A stretch of DNA of 64,000 nucleotides from Porphyridium purpureum (Eukaryota), in assembly GCA_008690995.1 (NCBI GenBank), contig VRMN01000002.1, positions 682,001 to 746,000 on the forward strand, in the 5' to 3' direction. This document shows, piece after piece, positions 9,632 to 20,422 of the stretch (position 1 is the stretch's first letter; the number at the start of each line of letters is the position of its first letter). Position numbers and translations under genes: made by a program. The notes beneath the pieces were generated by a model. The model saw only the letters and a program-made list of their open reading frames with translations, did not search any database and had not been told where the DNA came from.

Positions 9632-12600
9632 ATGTGGCTGCATCACATACTGGGGGCGGGGCGGTCGGCGTCCGCGCAGCTGGTCGAGGCCGGTGCGGGG
9701 CTGCTGCTGAGCGTGCTGCGCGATGACGAGTGGGGCGCCGACCTCGTCGACGTGCTGTCCCGCAAGTGCGACGGACGGTACGCCCACGCGCGCCGCATTC
9801 TGCTGGTCGATTTGGGCGAGACCGCCTGGTATCCGGCCGCAGAGCTGCTCCCCAGGCAGTACGAAGTCAGCATGGCGCACCTCGCGCCATACGTCGCTCT
9901 GCCGTCCATCGCCACGCTCTTTCACACATGCGAGCAGATGTACTACTTCTTGCACGACGGCGTGTCCGACGGACACACGCCGGAGCAGCGGGTCGTCATT
10001 TTGCTCGCGCGCTCACAAAAATCCAACATCTCTTCTTTCGAGCTTCCAGATGTCGACCACGCAGACAGCGAAGGCACCGCAAGTGTGCCCCCGCTGGCCA
10101 GCATGATGCGCGCCATGATTGTGCTTTACTGTACGTACAACGCTTTCGTAAGCACATTCAGCATGGGAACCGACGCGCTCGAAACAGTCTCGCGTGTGCT
10201 TCGCGCGGCAAACTTTGTTCCGCAGGCATTGCTTGACCGCGAGCTGAACAGCCCGAACCTGTTGCAGTACGTCAAGTACACCACGATGTGGACGCAGCAA
10301 AAGCGACCCGCGAATCCGCTCCCCATCAGGCTTGTTAAAGTTATCCTCCAAATAAGTCGGAAAGAGGGCGCGGATGGACTAGGCGACCGCTCGGCCCAGC
10401 AACTAGAATTGTCACCGATTCTGTGGCTGCAAACAAACTCAAGAAAAAATCCGCGCTCCGACGGCGTGATCATTGCACCAAAGCAGACAGGCGAGGGCTT
10501 TGCGTGCTACGATACAGGTCTTGATATTCTGGGCGACTTTTGCATCACACTGGTCCTGGATAATGAGGAAGAAGATATGACAAAGGGAGCAACAGGCAGT
10601 TTACGGAGTGCTGCGGAATCTAGGTTGAAATCAGAGAACTCATTCCGAGTTCCGCGCGTGCTTTGCCAAGTGGTTAGGAATACGGCATTTCTTGACACCC
10701 CGGGAGCCAGATTCTCCGACGCAGACATGGACTTTTACGACGATGCGTTCCGACAAAACTTTTCATGCTTTATGGATCTTCTGCTGGATGTGGTGCCGCT
10801 GTCGATGGCACAGGACGGGGCTGAAAGAGACCAAATCGGCAGTGTATGGCCAGACCACTTGCTCGTTTTACGCGAAGAAATGCGTACCGTTGAAGACATT
10901 GTTCTAGACGCACCGACCTGCGCGCCTCCGTTGCTTCTTGACCTTAGCCATGGACTTCCGGGTGAGATTATCAAGTATAACTTGGCGCTGGATCCCGAGC
11001 ATGCCAGAATGGTGGGTCAGTCGAAGAAGAATGGCCTACTGGATGAACTCCGACTCGCCTTTCAGGAAAAGAGCTTGGGTTCGCCTGGAGACCACCATCA
11101 GAAACAAAGTCAAAGCATGGACGCTGTACTGCAAAGATACCCGACGAGCACAGTGGAGAGAGAAGCCAATGGCGACCGAGCGTATTCAGTGGAAAGCCGT
11201 TCGCACAGTAGGGCCTCACCTGTGGCAGGAACAACTCTCCATGGCCTTACTACAAGAATGGAGCAGTCGCCTGCTAACGCGCCTCCATCGAGACGAGGCT
11301 CGATCATGGATACCTTTAGTCGTGTCTCGCGAACTCTGCAACATGATGCAAAGGCATATATCCTCGGTGAAGTTGATTTGTGGGGTGCGGACGATGATGA
11401 CACGATTCAGGCTGAGATCCGGAACAGTTTCGGAGAAAATGTGTCGGTATTCTCGGACTCGCGGCGAGATCAAGCTCAGCGCTCATCCGCCCTGTCGGCT
11501 TCGTCAGCCGCTTTCGAAAGAATTGGCGATCTTGAGAATGATCCACTGCCACAAGACGGCTTGGAGTCCGTCAGGTCACGCATTGATTTTGCGGCAGATG
11601 GCTTAGATACTCAAGAAGGCACGTTCAGTGCAAATGACTCGCCTGCAGACAAACGGCACACGCGAGCAGCTGACGTTTATCGGAAATCGAAGAACGAGCA
11701 CGGGGCGAAAGGTGGAGAGGGTGAGCCAGTCAAGGCCAGTCTCTCTGAACTGTTGAACTCGCAGTCCGTTTTGACAGGTACCCGCTTTCCAGCGTCGCCC
11801 CTTCCGACTGTGACTTCAAGCTTGACAAGCGTACCACACTCGCTGGGTCCGGCGTCATCGCAAGGTGGAAAGAGTTCCAACGCAAGCGCTGCGGCTCCGG
11901 CACCTCCTCCTCCACCGCCCATTGGGAATAGTGGAAGCAGTGCGAGCAAGGGCGCTCAGGCGCCGCCGCCTCCTCTTCCTCCTCCACCAAAGTCATCAGT
12001 GAAGGGAAGGCTACATTCTGGAGGAAGTCCAGGCGGGCCACCTCCTCCTCCACCGCCTCCTCCTCCGCCACTTTTGAATGGAACAAGTGGAGCGCGCTCG
12101 AAAGGAGCCGTGAACAGCGGCTTTGGTCCACCCCCTCCTCCACCTGGCTTGCCAGGGCGAGCTGGTCCGAAAAAGGATCTTAAGCAGTTGCACTGGAGCA
12201 CCATTCCGGCGAATCGTATTCAAAACACCATATTCGCGCAGACGGACAGACATGGAGTGCTTGGCGATGATGTCCTCGAGTCACATTCTTCAGAGCTCGA
12301 AATTCTTTTTGCAGCAAAAGTGAACAAGCAGACAGCTCCATCTGTCGAGACCGAGCCGGCAGTACCAAGCGCTGGCATTTTGTCCTCCAGGCGCGCCATG
12401 AACATTGACATCATGCTGCGGCGCATTGGAACAGCCAATGTGCGCGAAATTGTGCGGGCGGTTGAATGCCTGGACCCTGAAGCCCGAGTGCTGTCGAGCT
12501 CGGAAAGCGTGCAGGCACTCTTTGAAAATGATCTCAAAGAGGACGAAATGGCGGCAGGGAAAGAGTGCCAGCTTTCTGAGGAAGAGCTCGGCAAGTGTGC

Positions 12601-13387
12601 AGAATCAGAGCAGTTTGTATACCACGCGTCTCGTGTCGCCCACTGGCATCTCAAGCTTGCGGCCATGGTCTTCTTGCGAAGCTACGAAACGGAGTGCGAA
12701 TTGATCTCGAAGCGCTGCGCAGTCGTCGAAGAGGCTTGCTCGCAAATTCAGGCCAGCGACAAGCTTCGCACGGTGCTAGGCTCCATTCTTAGAATTGGCA
12801 ATCACTTAAATCAGGGTACACGGAGGGGCCAGGCGCGCGGCTTCAAGCTTGATGCGCTATTGAAGCTGACTGAAACGCGCACTATTGATGGAAGGATGAC
12901 TCTGCTGCACTTTATTGTGGACTTGATTGAGAAAAAAGATGCGTCCGTACTTGACGATTTAGAGAATGAACTCTCGTCGATCGAGGCCGGCTCCAAGATT
13001 GTACGTGAGGAACTCAGCGCAGATATTGCAGGTCTAAACAAGGGGAAGGCAGTGCTTGAACGAGTGCTCAACGAGCATCGTGCGTCCGCCACTTCGTCTA
13101 TGGATTGCGAACAAGAGCGCATCCTGGTTGTCCTGGACGGGCAGTATCTTTTGAGCAGCGAGCGAATTGACTCTGTGACTATCGACTTTGATCGCATGAC
13201 TGACACTTTCGAGCGTGCAGCAGTGTATCTTGGCGAGGTCGGGAACAAGGCGAAAGTTGAGGAGGTCTTAGGTACTCTCGTCAAATTCATCGGCCTAGTG
13301 GGTAAATGTCGAACCGACAATCACGAGCGCGCGGCCAGAGAGGCCAGAGAGAACGAAAAAAAAACAGGGTCAGGCGGCGGGCGATAG
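9632..13387 (+). CDS. Formin (degenerate PTEN-like + C2 N-terminus, FH1 polyproline, FH2)
   Basis: Polyproline tracts, then LKQLHW, RRAMNIDIML, ILRIGNHLNQG, GFKLDALLKL and TLLHF of FH2. N-terminal SPNLLQYVKY and 'ILGDFCI...RNTAFL' resemble PTEN/C2. Confidence 0.93.
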   Translation: MWLHHILGAGRSASAQLVEAGAGLLLSVLRDDEWGADLVDVLSRKCDGRYAHARRILLVDLGETAWYPAAELLPRQYEVSMAHLAPYVALPSIATLFHTCEQMYYFLHDGVSDGHTPEQRVVILLARSQKSNISSFELPDVDHADSEGTASVPPLASMMRAMIVLYCTYNAFVSTFSMGTDALETVSRVLRAANFVPQALLDRELNSPNLLQYVKYTTMWTQQKRPANPLPIRLVKVILQISRKEGADGLGDRSAQQLELSPILWLQTNSRKNPRSDGVIIAPKQTGEGFACYDTGLDILGDFCITLVLDNEEEDMTKGATGSLRSAAESRLKSENSFRVPRVLCQVVRNTAFLDTPGARFSDADMDFYDDAFRQNFSCFMDLLLDVVPLSMAQDGAERDQIGSVWPDHLLVLREEMRTVEDIVLDAPTCAPPLLLDLSHGLPGEIIKYNLALDPEHARMVGQSKKNGLLDELRLAFQEKSLGSPGDHHQKQSQSMDAVLQRYPTSTVEREANGDRAYSVESRSHSRASPVAGTTLHGLTTRMEQSPANAPPSRRGSIMDTFSRVSRTLQHDAKAYILGEVDLWGADDDDTIQAEIRNSFGENVSVFSDSRRDQAQRSSALSASSAAFERIGDLENDPLPQDGLESVRSRIDFAADGLDTQEGTFSANDSPADKRHTRAADVYRKSKNEHGAKGGEGEPVKASLSELLNSQSVLTGTRFPASPLPTVTSSLTSVPHSLGPASSQGGKSSNASAAAPAPPPPPPIGNSGSSASKGAQAPPPPLPPPPKSSVKGRLHSGGSPGGPPPPPPPPPPPLLNGTSGARSKGAVNSGFGPPPPPPGLPGRAGPKKDLKQLHWSTIPANRIQNTIFAQTDRHGVLGDDVLESHSSELEILFAAKVNKQTAPSVETEPAVPSAGILSSRRAMNIDIMLRRIGTANVREIVRAVECLDPEARVLSSSESVQALFENDLKEDEMAAGKECQLSEEELGKCAESEQFVYHASRVAHWHLKLAAMVFLRSYETECELISKRCAVVEEACSQIQASDKLRTVLGSILRIGNHLNQGTRRGQARGFKLDALLKLTETRTIDGRMTLLHFIVDLIEKKDASVLDDLENELSSIEAGSKIVREELSADIAGLNKGKAVLERVLNEHRASATSSMDCEQERILVVLDGQYLLSSERIDSVTIDFDRMTDTFERAAVYLGEVGNKAKVEEVLGTLVKFIGLVGKCRTDNHERAAREARENEKKTGSGGGR

Positions 13388-13402
13388 GTGGTGTTTTTCG
13401 TT

Positions 13403-14329
13403 CTACGCCAGCTCGAACGCCGCGAATGGCAGTTTCTCCCAAAACTCATAGTTTCGAATGTACGGAGATACATGCAGGACTTTGGTTCCGTCAACAGCTG
13501 TCAGGATTTTTCCGCGAGCGCTTTCAGAGGCGTTTAGAATCTGACACAGCAGCTCGGCAAGGTCTCCGCGTGTGATTGCCCCGTACGCATTCACTGACTC
13601 TGTAAGAATTCCCGACCCAGTCGCATCCTCATCCACCAGTGGCGCTGGTCGGACGATCACAAAGTCATCGCCATACTTTGTGCGGAGGTGCTTCTCTGCG
13701 CGGCTCTTATCGAGCAACATTCCTCTCATATTGTCCTTCACCTGACTAGGAATCGAGTTCTCGCTATCGCCCGCGCCCAACGCAGATACCAGCAAGAATA
13801 GAGGTGTCTTACCCTGGCTCTTCACTCCCAAGCAAGCATCGACGCATTGACTCGTGACCGCATACGAGTACGCTGGATACTCGTCCACCCCGTCAGACTC
13901 GGCTGGTGCGACACAATTCACGATCACGTCCGGCCGTGTCTTGGCAACAAGTTCGTGCATTTGTTCTGGGTTGCGGGCATCGAGCTGATGCCTCAACTCT
14001 GGATCCTGAACGAATTCATCGCAAGCCGAGCGCGAGACCGCGTGGACCGTAAAAGTTCCATCAGCACTGAGTCGCCGGACCAGCTCTTTCCCGAGGCCAC
14101 GACTCGCCCCAAGCACGACCACCACGGACGATCCTTTAACCACGGACTTTGAATTCCCAGCCGATGCACTACACACCACTGTGCCACGACGCAACTCCTG
14201 TCCGGTCCTCGCCACGGCAACTCTTGCGGCGAATGTCCGGGCTCCGCGGCACGCGCAGGTCGACTGCCCCAACAACGAGCCACGTGTGCGTGCAGACCGC
14301 GGCACGCCTAGACTCTGCACGAAAAGCAT
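13403..14329 (-). CDS. NAD(P)-binding Rossmann-fold protein (atypical SDR), plastid-targeted
   Basis: MLFV-type transit peptide; VVLGASRGLG, VSALGAGDS, IVRPAPL, ITRGDLA. Confidence 0.88.
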   Translation of the reverse strand: MLFVQSLGVPRSARTRGSLLGQSTCACRGARTFAARVAVARTGQELRRGTVVCSASAGNSKSVVKGSSVVVVLGASRGLGKELVRRLSADGTFTVHAVSRSACDEFVQDPELRHQLDARNPEQMHELVAKTRPDVIVNCVAPAESDGVDEYPAYSYAVTSQCVDACLGVKSQGKTPLFLLVSALGAGDSENSIPSQVKDNMRGMLLDKSRAEKHLRTKYGDDFVIVRPAPLVDEDATGSGILTESVNAYGAITRGDLAELLCQILNASESARGKILTAVDGTKVLHVSPYIRNYEFWEKLPFAAFELA

Positions 14330-14891
14330 ATCTCCGTTCTGACTTGCAAGGCAGAATGGCGAGGAGGACTGGAGTCAGGACGTGCCTGCCTTTGGGAGCT
14401 GATGAAGTGGACTGCACAGTCCCAAACACAAGCGCACAGCCGGAGACGACGCCCGCCACGTCCCCCCTCCACATGCGATCGAGCCCAACCTTATCTCCCA
14501 ACTGTACGCACAGTACCTCGTGTGGCTGTACCTCTGTGCCGCTCAAACTGTACTTCGGACAAAGCGTGATCGGCGCGACGCCTCGCCTCTCGCGTGAGGC
14601 AACTGCAGCGACTCTGGCGCGCGCCAGGAGATTATGCATGCGTCGACGCAGAGTGAGGCACCGCAAAGGCATGGCGCTCGTGGTGCGCGAACTGGCCACT
14701 TCATGACGCCGCTTATTTGGTCCGACTTTCCCCCGTCGTGATGCGGGGGTGCCAAAGAATTAATTTGCATGTATGTGTGTGCAATGGCGTGTTTCGCGGC
14801 CACCTACCGTCATCACGGGCTGCAAGGCCGCGCTGGTCGCGTCATGTGCGCGCGAGTCATGCACATCGCTAAAACTTCACCATGATGTGTG

Positions 14892-14937
14892 TGATGAGCG
14901 TGACCACCTTTAACGGCTCAGGTGGTCACGCTCATCA
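14892..14937. repeat. Perfect 18-bp inverted repeat with a 10-nt loop
   Basis: TGATGAGCGTGACCACCT (14892-14909), loop TTAACGGCTC, AGGTGGTCACGCTCATCA (14920-14937). Confidence 0.95.
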
Positions 14938-15146
14938 TGGCAGGGGTGGTAGTGCGGAAAGAAGGCAAAAACGTAGCCAAAGGAGCACGCGTTTACTTAC
15001 AAAGACATTCCAATGGCGTCGTCACATGCGGTATAGTATTTAAAGCCAGGCAGCCTCTGGATGATAGAAAAAGATCGAAGACTTGTGCAACCTCAGGGTT
15101 CGACTTTCATGGGATCAGATCAAGATCGATTTGGCAAACCGTTATC

Positions 15147-17423
15147 ATGGACAAAGTGCAGGAGCCCAAGCGCGCTGCGCATATTCTTGCTCAAGGGAGG
15201 ACCTTGGAAAGCGCCTGCGGCTTTGGTGTCGCTCATGAGGAAGACCAAGCCGACCCTCACGACTACTTCAACCTGTTTATCTCCTTCTTGCGCACGTCAG
15301 AAAACGTTGCACGGAGTTTTCCCGAGGCTGCGGTACTGGCAGAGCGGATCGCAGAAATGGCGCGCTACGTAGGTACCGTCACAGCTTCCGCGCCAATGTC
15401 TTGCTTGATCTTGCCAAAGTATGGGTGCGCCTTGGTCACGATCGTGTCCATCGGATGCCAGGCAGGCCGCACGGTTCGAATGCATATTCTCGGCCCGGAC
15501 GAGTGGTCATTCAATATTACAAATAGCAAATTTGACTCGGCCCCGCCTCCAGGTGTAGCTGTTTGCTTTTTTGTCGGTGAGCTTCCGGCTGACAAACTCG
15601 ATGACTTCATGATCAGTTTTCGGAAGAAACTTACTGAGGCGAAGAAGAAGACCGGTGATGATCGAAGTGCTGCGGGAGAACGGCTCGGGCATCAGAAGAC
15701 ACCTACGTTTGTTCTTTCCATCGCTCAGAACGCGCTCTCGTTGTGCGTCAAGAGAAATTTGCCCGATGGGGCCGCGGACGTTGTGCGCCTGAATGTTGAG
15801 CACTGCTCCCGCGGTGGAATGACTGATGTCGGGCTTCATACTGGGGGTGCTCGTCGCTCTACAGCCTGGCCTTTGGCTGCTGCCGTCATCAAATTTGTCT
15901 TTGGTCAGCATGTGTGTGGTACAGACGGGGAAAACAAAGTCAACTTCAACTTGCTGATTGCAGAGTGGGAGATGTGGCTGGTTGAACTGTCACTTGATCT
16001 CCACGGTAATGTTGGCGCTGCCTCCACGGTCCGTATGCTAACATCAGCGGCCCAGCGCGCCGCCCTGTTGCTAGATGCCGGGTACGACGTGGCTTCTCTC
16101 GTCGAGCGTGCTGAAACTGTGCGAGCTGTTCTGGAAGCGGATCTCGCTGCCCAGCTTAAGGCTGAAGCTAAAACATTTCAGCTTCCCGTGCTCTGCGTGG
16201 ACAAAGACAACATGTGTCTTGATGGTCAGGCCGCTCGGCTGCCGGTTGTTGTCCTTCCGGCGCCCATGGATCGAGAGGCTGAATCTTCGCATGATATTGC
16301 TGCGTATCGACAAAGAGCAACGTCTAACCTGGAAAGCTTTCCGCTTGCCTCTGAACCATTTGGCCCACCTTCTCAGCTGCTGGACTGGCTGTCTCCCATC
16401 GAGCTTCGCAGGACCATTGTGCCGGCGGCGGGGATTGAGGAGTGGGTCTTTACGGTGGCCAAAAGTCGACTTTCACGACCCATTTGGACGGCTGCCGAAA
16501 TGTCGAACTGGGAACTTGCACATCTCGAACGAATTTGGGAGAAATATAAATCGATAGCCAGAACACTTGAAGAAAGTGCGGTACCAGGCGGACGCCTAGT
16601 TGTCGAGACGCGGAGCCGCAAAACGCTTGTAGCGTGGGCGATTGCGTGTTTAGCAGATAGTCTCGCATGCGCGATGCATCCGCAGCTTGAGATGTACGAA
16701 ACGGCGCTAGAGTTTAAGGATTTGTGGGCGCTGTCCTTTTCTGACGGCTTGGCACTGGAAGCAATGCAAGCGGTGACCTTATATTTGCGTAAGCGCAAAA
16801 GTATGGCAGGGTCGAAAAATCCAATTTTTTCCTTGCGGGCGAACGACGCAACGTCGGCTTTTGCAAAATCTGTCGCAGAAACATCTCCTGATATTTTGGA
16901 GGCATGGCAAAACGAGCAAATTCACGCGTCGCGGCGCCGCGACGCGCACTGGGCCGAGGTGTTACGAAAACAAGACGTGGCAAAAAATCTCCGGGCTCAA
17001 TTGGAGCATGAAAAGACCTGCCAATCTGAAGCTCGACGTAATTGGGACGCAGTCCCATTCACTTACCGTCCAGCTCCTAAAACAAGCGCAGAAAATGATG
17101 AGCGCTGGTACTTAGAAAAAGAATTGAGGGCAGAGTATCAGAGGTTGACTCAGCAGGTAGATCGCACGCGCGCAGACCTCAGAAGGGCAGAGGAGCCGCC
17201 GAATCCCGTCATCCAGCCCGTTTCGGCAGCTATGGATTCGGGGCTTGTGGTTTTATTCTTCATGTACATGCCAGAAGCGCTTCGCATTATCGCGAATCTG
17301 ATGTTCGAGGCACAGCACCAACTTTTGCCTCGAAGCATTCCTGGAGACTCGATGCTCTTCGACTGGATCGATCATCATTCAAAACGAGCACGGCGACCTA
17401 CATATGTATTTGCGGCCAATTGA
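15147..17423 (+). pseudogene. N-terminal part of a giant DUF3638/DUF3645-family protein (truncated)
   Basis: 833-aa ORF (likely start MDKVQE at 15147). GGMTDVGLHTGG..R.TAWPL, VVETRSRKTLVAW and W..E...A.RR..AHW.EV..KQ match my recollection of algal/oomycete family members. No P-loop motif is present. Confidence 0.6.
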
Positions 17424-17814
17424 TTCAATGATATTAATTGCGGACAGCAATGACATCGTGCTTTTGTCGGATCGTGAAGCCGATGCGTTGCTAGAGGCGG
17501 AGCAGGGCGCATGCTGGACCTCGGATCGTCCGCCGCTCTCCAGCCGGCCCCTTCACTTTCTTCCCGCGAGCAGCGAAAGCGCCGCATTGATGGACTTCCG
17601 TGAATCGCGCGATGACTTAGCTGAAGATGCGCTCGCACGTCTTCAATTATTCAATGGTGAAACCATGTTTGGGTCAGACGTTCGAGTTACTGCGGTGGAG
17701 CTTGTTTGTTCGTCACAGCATGCTCGTGAAGCCGCGCTCCAGCTTCCTGCTTTGCGCGGAAAGGAGAAGTTCGTATCTCGCAGTGATCTGGCAAGGGTTT
17801 GTGACATGGCGTAA
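17371..17814 (+). pseudogene. C-terminal part of the same giant-protein family, in the +1 frame
   Basis: YLRPIDSMIL, VLLSDREADALL, LQLFNGETMF and RG...SRSDL resemble the C-terminus of DUF3638-family proteins. It overlaps the end of the previous ORF. Confidence 0.6.
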
Positions 17815-19474
17815 CTCAATTCTGGGGCAATGCAACCTTTTGCGGCCCTCCATCTGCGTCCTCCCGCACCACCAGCGGCTGAGCGACGCGCGATCCGGCA
17901 GCCGTACACTTCTGTAATTCAATGCGGTCTGGTCCAAGGGTCTCGCGCGGGCGGCAGAGACGTTTAGGCAAATGATCAAGACGCGCGATACCTATTTCGA
18001 GCCCAGGCTCAACAAATATTTCCATCTCATGCTTCTCCTCGTGCATGTCGACGCGCGCACTGTATAGTAACCCTGTATACAGTCCGTTCTACTTTGCCGC
18101 TCAAACCAGGTCCAGTGTGGTACGTCATTCGCACCGTCCAATCCAGCAGAGGGTTCCTTGTCGCCATCCGCGAAACAGTTCACGAGTCAGCCAGGTGTAT
18201 CTCCACTTCTCGTCAACGAGCAACGGTGCCGAACGTCCGACATCATAGTCTAATGCGCTGGGCGCTGCACTCGCGCTGGACGCCTACGGGCTACAGGCAC
18301 TATGAGATTTGTGCCTAAGCCGTTGCCAGGCGCTGCCGAGTCCGGCTCCGTCGTGCCGTAGCAACGGGCTGCGACGAAGCTTTTGAGGTCACTCACGACG
18401 ATTCTGGCGACCCTGAGCATGCCCCTCCACGTGCCTCAGAAGCACCTTTCTTCTCGCAACGCGCTCGTCGTGGCTGAGTACCGTCCGAGTCATTCGTTGG
18501 TAGCTCGCCCGACGACTGTCCGTCCTTCCGTGACGCGTGACTCCCTCTTGTCCGGGTAGCAGCAGAACTCGTAGGGCCCGTAGCAGCATACCTCGTGGGA
18601 CCCGTACCAGCCGCGGTCGTCCGAATCCGCGCTGACCGTGTTTCAAAGCCACCATCGTGGTCTGAGCTAGCGTCGCCGTCAAGCGCTCCAGTGCGAAGTT
18701 TTCAGACTCTCTTGACTCGACGTCATTCGATTTACAATGGAACGTCATGGACTCAACACCCGGTGCTGGAACCCAAGGCATCTCAGACGCGCGATTGATT
18801 GAGTCCGTGACATCTTGCATGTGGGGAGGAGCACACAATAGCGCACTGAAACCAGTGTTTTTGTCCGTCGTGGGTTGCTGCATGTGACCCGAACACCATA
18901 AACCAGGACGAGCGCACGCCACAGCATGTAAAATTCATTTCAACGGGCACACTCGTGCATGTCCTGGATCTACTCCTTCACGCGATGCGGACGTATGTGT
19001 CGTGGCTTGCTGACCTGAAGACCATGACCATCAGCATGTGTATCATACAGCATGTTGAACGGACTGCTCGCGTGTTTTGGATTTGCGGCGCCAGTGCGAA
19101 CGAGCAACGGCTTCTCGCACACAGCTTCGTTGAGCGCGAAATTGCAGCAGACCTTGTAGGTCTCCATTTCGTGCTCAGCTACAATGTCTGCAGCAGCGAG
19201 CGCTGGCCGCCAAGATGGGCACGCGCGCGTCGCATGATTTCCACCATATTTTGTCGGATGGCGGCGTAACGCACCCTATTTTGCCGAGAGCGTGATTGAA
19301 GAAGCTTCATGAGGCGCAGGAGATTTCGGTTTCCGGCATCGGTGCTTGACGGACTTGTCCCGGTGACAGCCTGTCCACGGTTTCTCGGGACACCAGCGGC
19401 CTGGCATTCGGATTAGAAGTGAAAAGTTTTGCGACTATTAGGCACGAGTGAAGGTCGAAGGGTGGGTTGAGGTT

Positions 19475-20335
19475 ATGGACTCGAAAGCAGAAGCCAAGCG
19501 GCTCAAAGCCAAAGGGCTGGGTAAGCTGCGATGGTACTGCCAGATGTGCGAGAAGCAGTGCCGCGACGCCAATGGATACAAGAACCACTGCAGTACGGCG
19601 GGTCACGAACGGCAAATGCGGCGGCTCGAAGCGAGCAAGGGTGAGCTGCTCGAGACATTCTCTCAGAAGCTTCTGGACGGGTTTCTCGAGTGCCTTCGGC
19701 TGCGCTACGGCACGTGCCAGGTCAATGCAAATACGGCGTACCAAGAATACATTCGTGATCGGCACCACGTCCACATGAATGCGACGCAGTGGGAGTCGCT
19801 GCGCGAGTTTGTTGCGTTTTTGGGCAGGCATGGTCATTGCCGCGTCGAGCAGAACGCAGAGGGAATATTCATGATCTCCTACATCGATTGTCGAACGGCC
19901 GAGCTTGAAGCACAAGCTCACGAGCTGGAGCGTGCTCAACAGCGTGAGGAGTTAGAACAACAAAGACGACTCGAACAGAATATGATGAAGTCGGTTGAGA
20001 GACGTATCGCGGCGCGTGTGTCGCGAGGTGAGCAGCCTGAGACCGACGCTGAGAAAGTACAGGCTGCCGTTCTGCCTTCAGAACATGAGCGAAAGACGGT
20101 AGGCATGGTTCTGAAAAGGCCGCCGACGCGCACGACAGTGGCTGTGCCAGTTGCGCACGGCAAACCTGTTAACGTATTCAAAGTAGCCAGCACTGCAGCT
20201 GCCTCTGCCTCTCCTCTCGCAGAAAATCAAGGTTCAGGCTCTCACTCTACTTGCAACAAAAGCCCTCAGTCACTGGATCTCGTTCAGGAAGAAGACGGCG
20301 GCATGCGCAGGGAGAGGAAGCAACGTTGGAGCTGA
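19475..20335 (+). CDS. KIN17: KIN17/Rts2 DNA/RNA-binding protein
   Basis: KAKGLGKLRWYCQMCEKQCRDANGYKNHC...H, ANTAYQEYIRDRHHVHMNATQW. Confidence 0.95.
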   Translation: MDSKAEAKRLKAKGLGKLRWYCQMCEKQCRDANGYKNHCSTAGHERQMRRLEASKGELLETFSQKLLDGFLECLRLRYGTCQVNANTAYQEYIRDRHHVHMNATQWESLREFVAFLGRHGHCRVEQNAEGIFMISYIDCRTAELEAQAHELERAQQREELEQQRRLEQNMMKSVERRIAARVSRGEQPETDAEKVQAAVLPSEHERKTVGMVLKRPPTRTTVAVPVAHGKPVNVFKVASTAAASASPLAENQGSGSHSTCNKSPQSLDLVQEEDGGMRRERKQRWS

Positions 20336-20422
20336 CGTGAAATCCAAAACGCCGAGAACCCGTGGCAACGTAACGACAATGTCAGGAGAAAAAGTCTGAA
20401 AGCATGATTCGAGTTTATGTAT

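Noticed and set aside
14149..14706. Overlapping 176-185 aa ORFs on both strands
   Set aside because: They span the promoter and 5' end of the Rossmann gene, start at non-ATG codons and show no domain
14891..14938. C/D snoRNA (RTGATGA boxes) or Helitron 3' end at the hairpin
   Set aside because: The C boxes are sequestered in the stem with no properly placed terminal D box; no CTRR at the expected distance from the hairpin
14826..19240. Weak similarities at the island edges (GCGCTGG.CGC...ATG at ~14830 and ~19199; ACGCCGC/TCCGAC at ~14706 versus reverse complement at ~19253-19267)
   Set aside because: Short, gapped and GC-rich, so compatible with chance; no TSD seen
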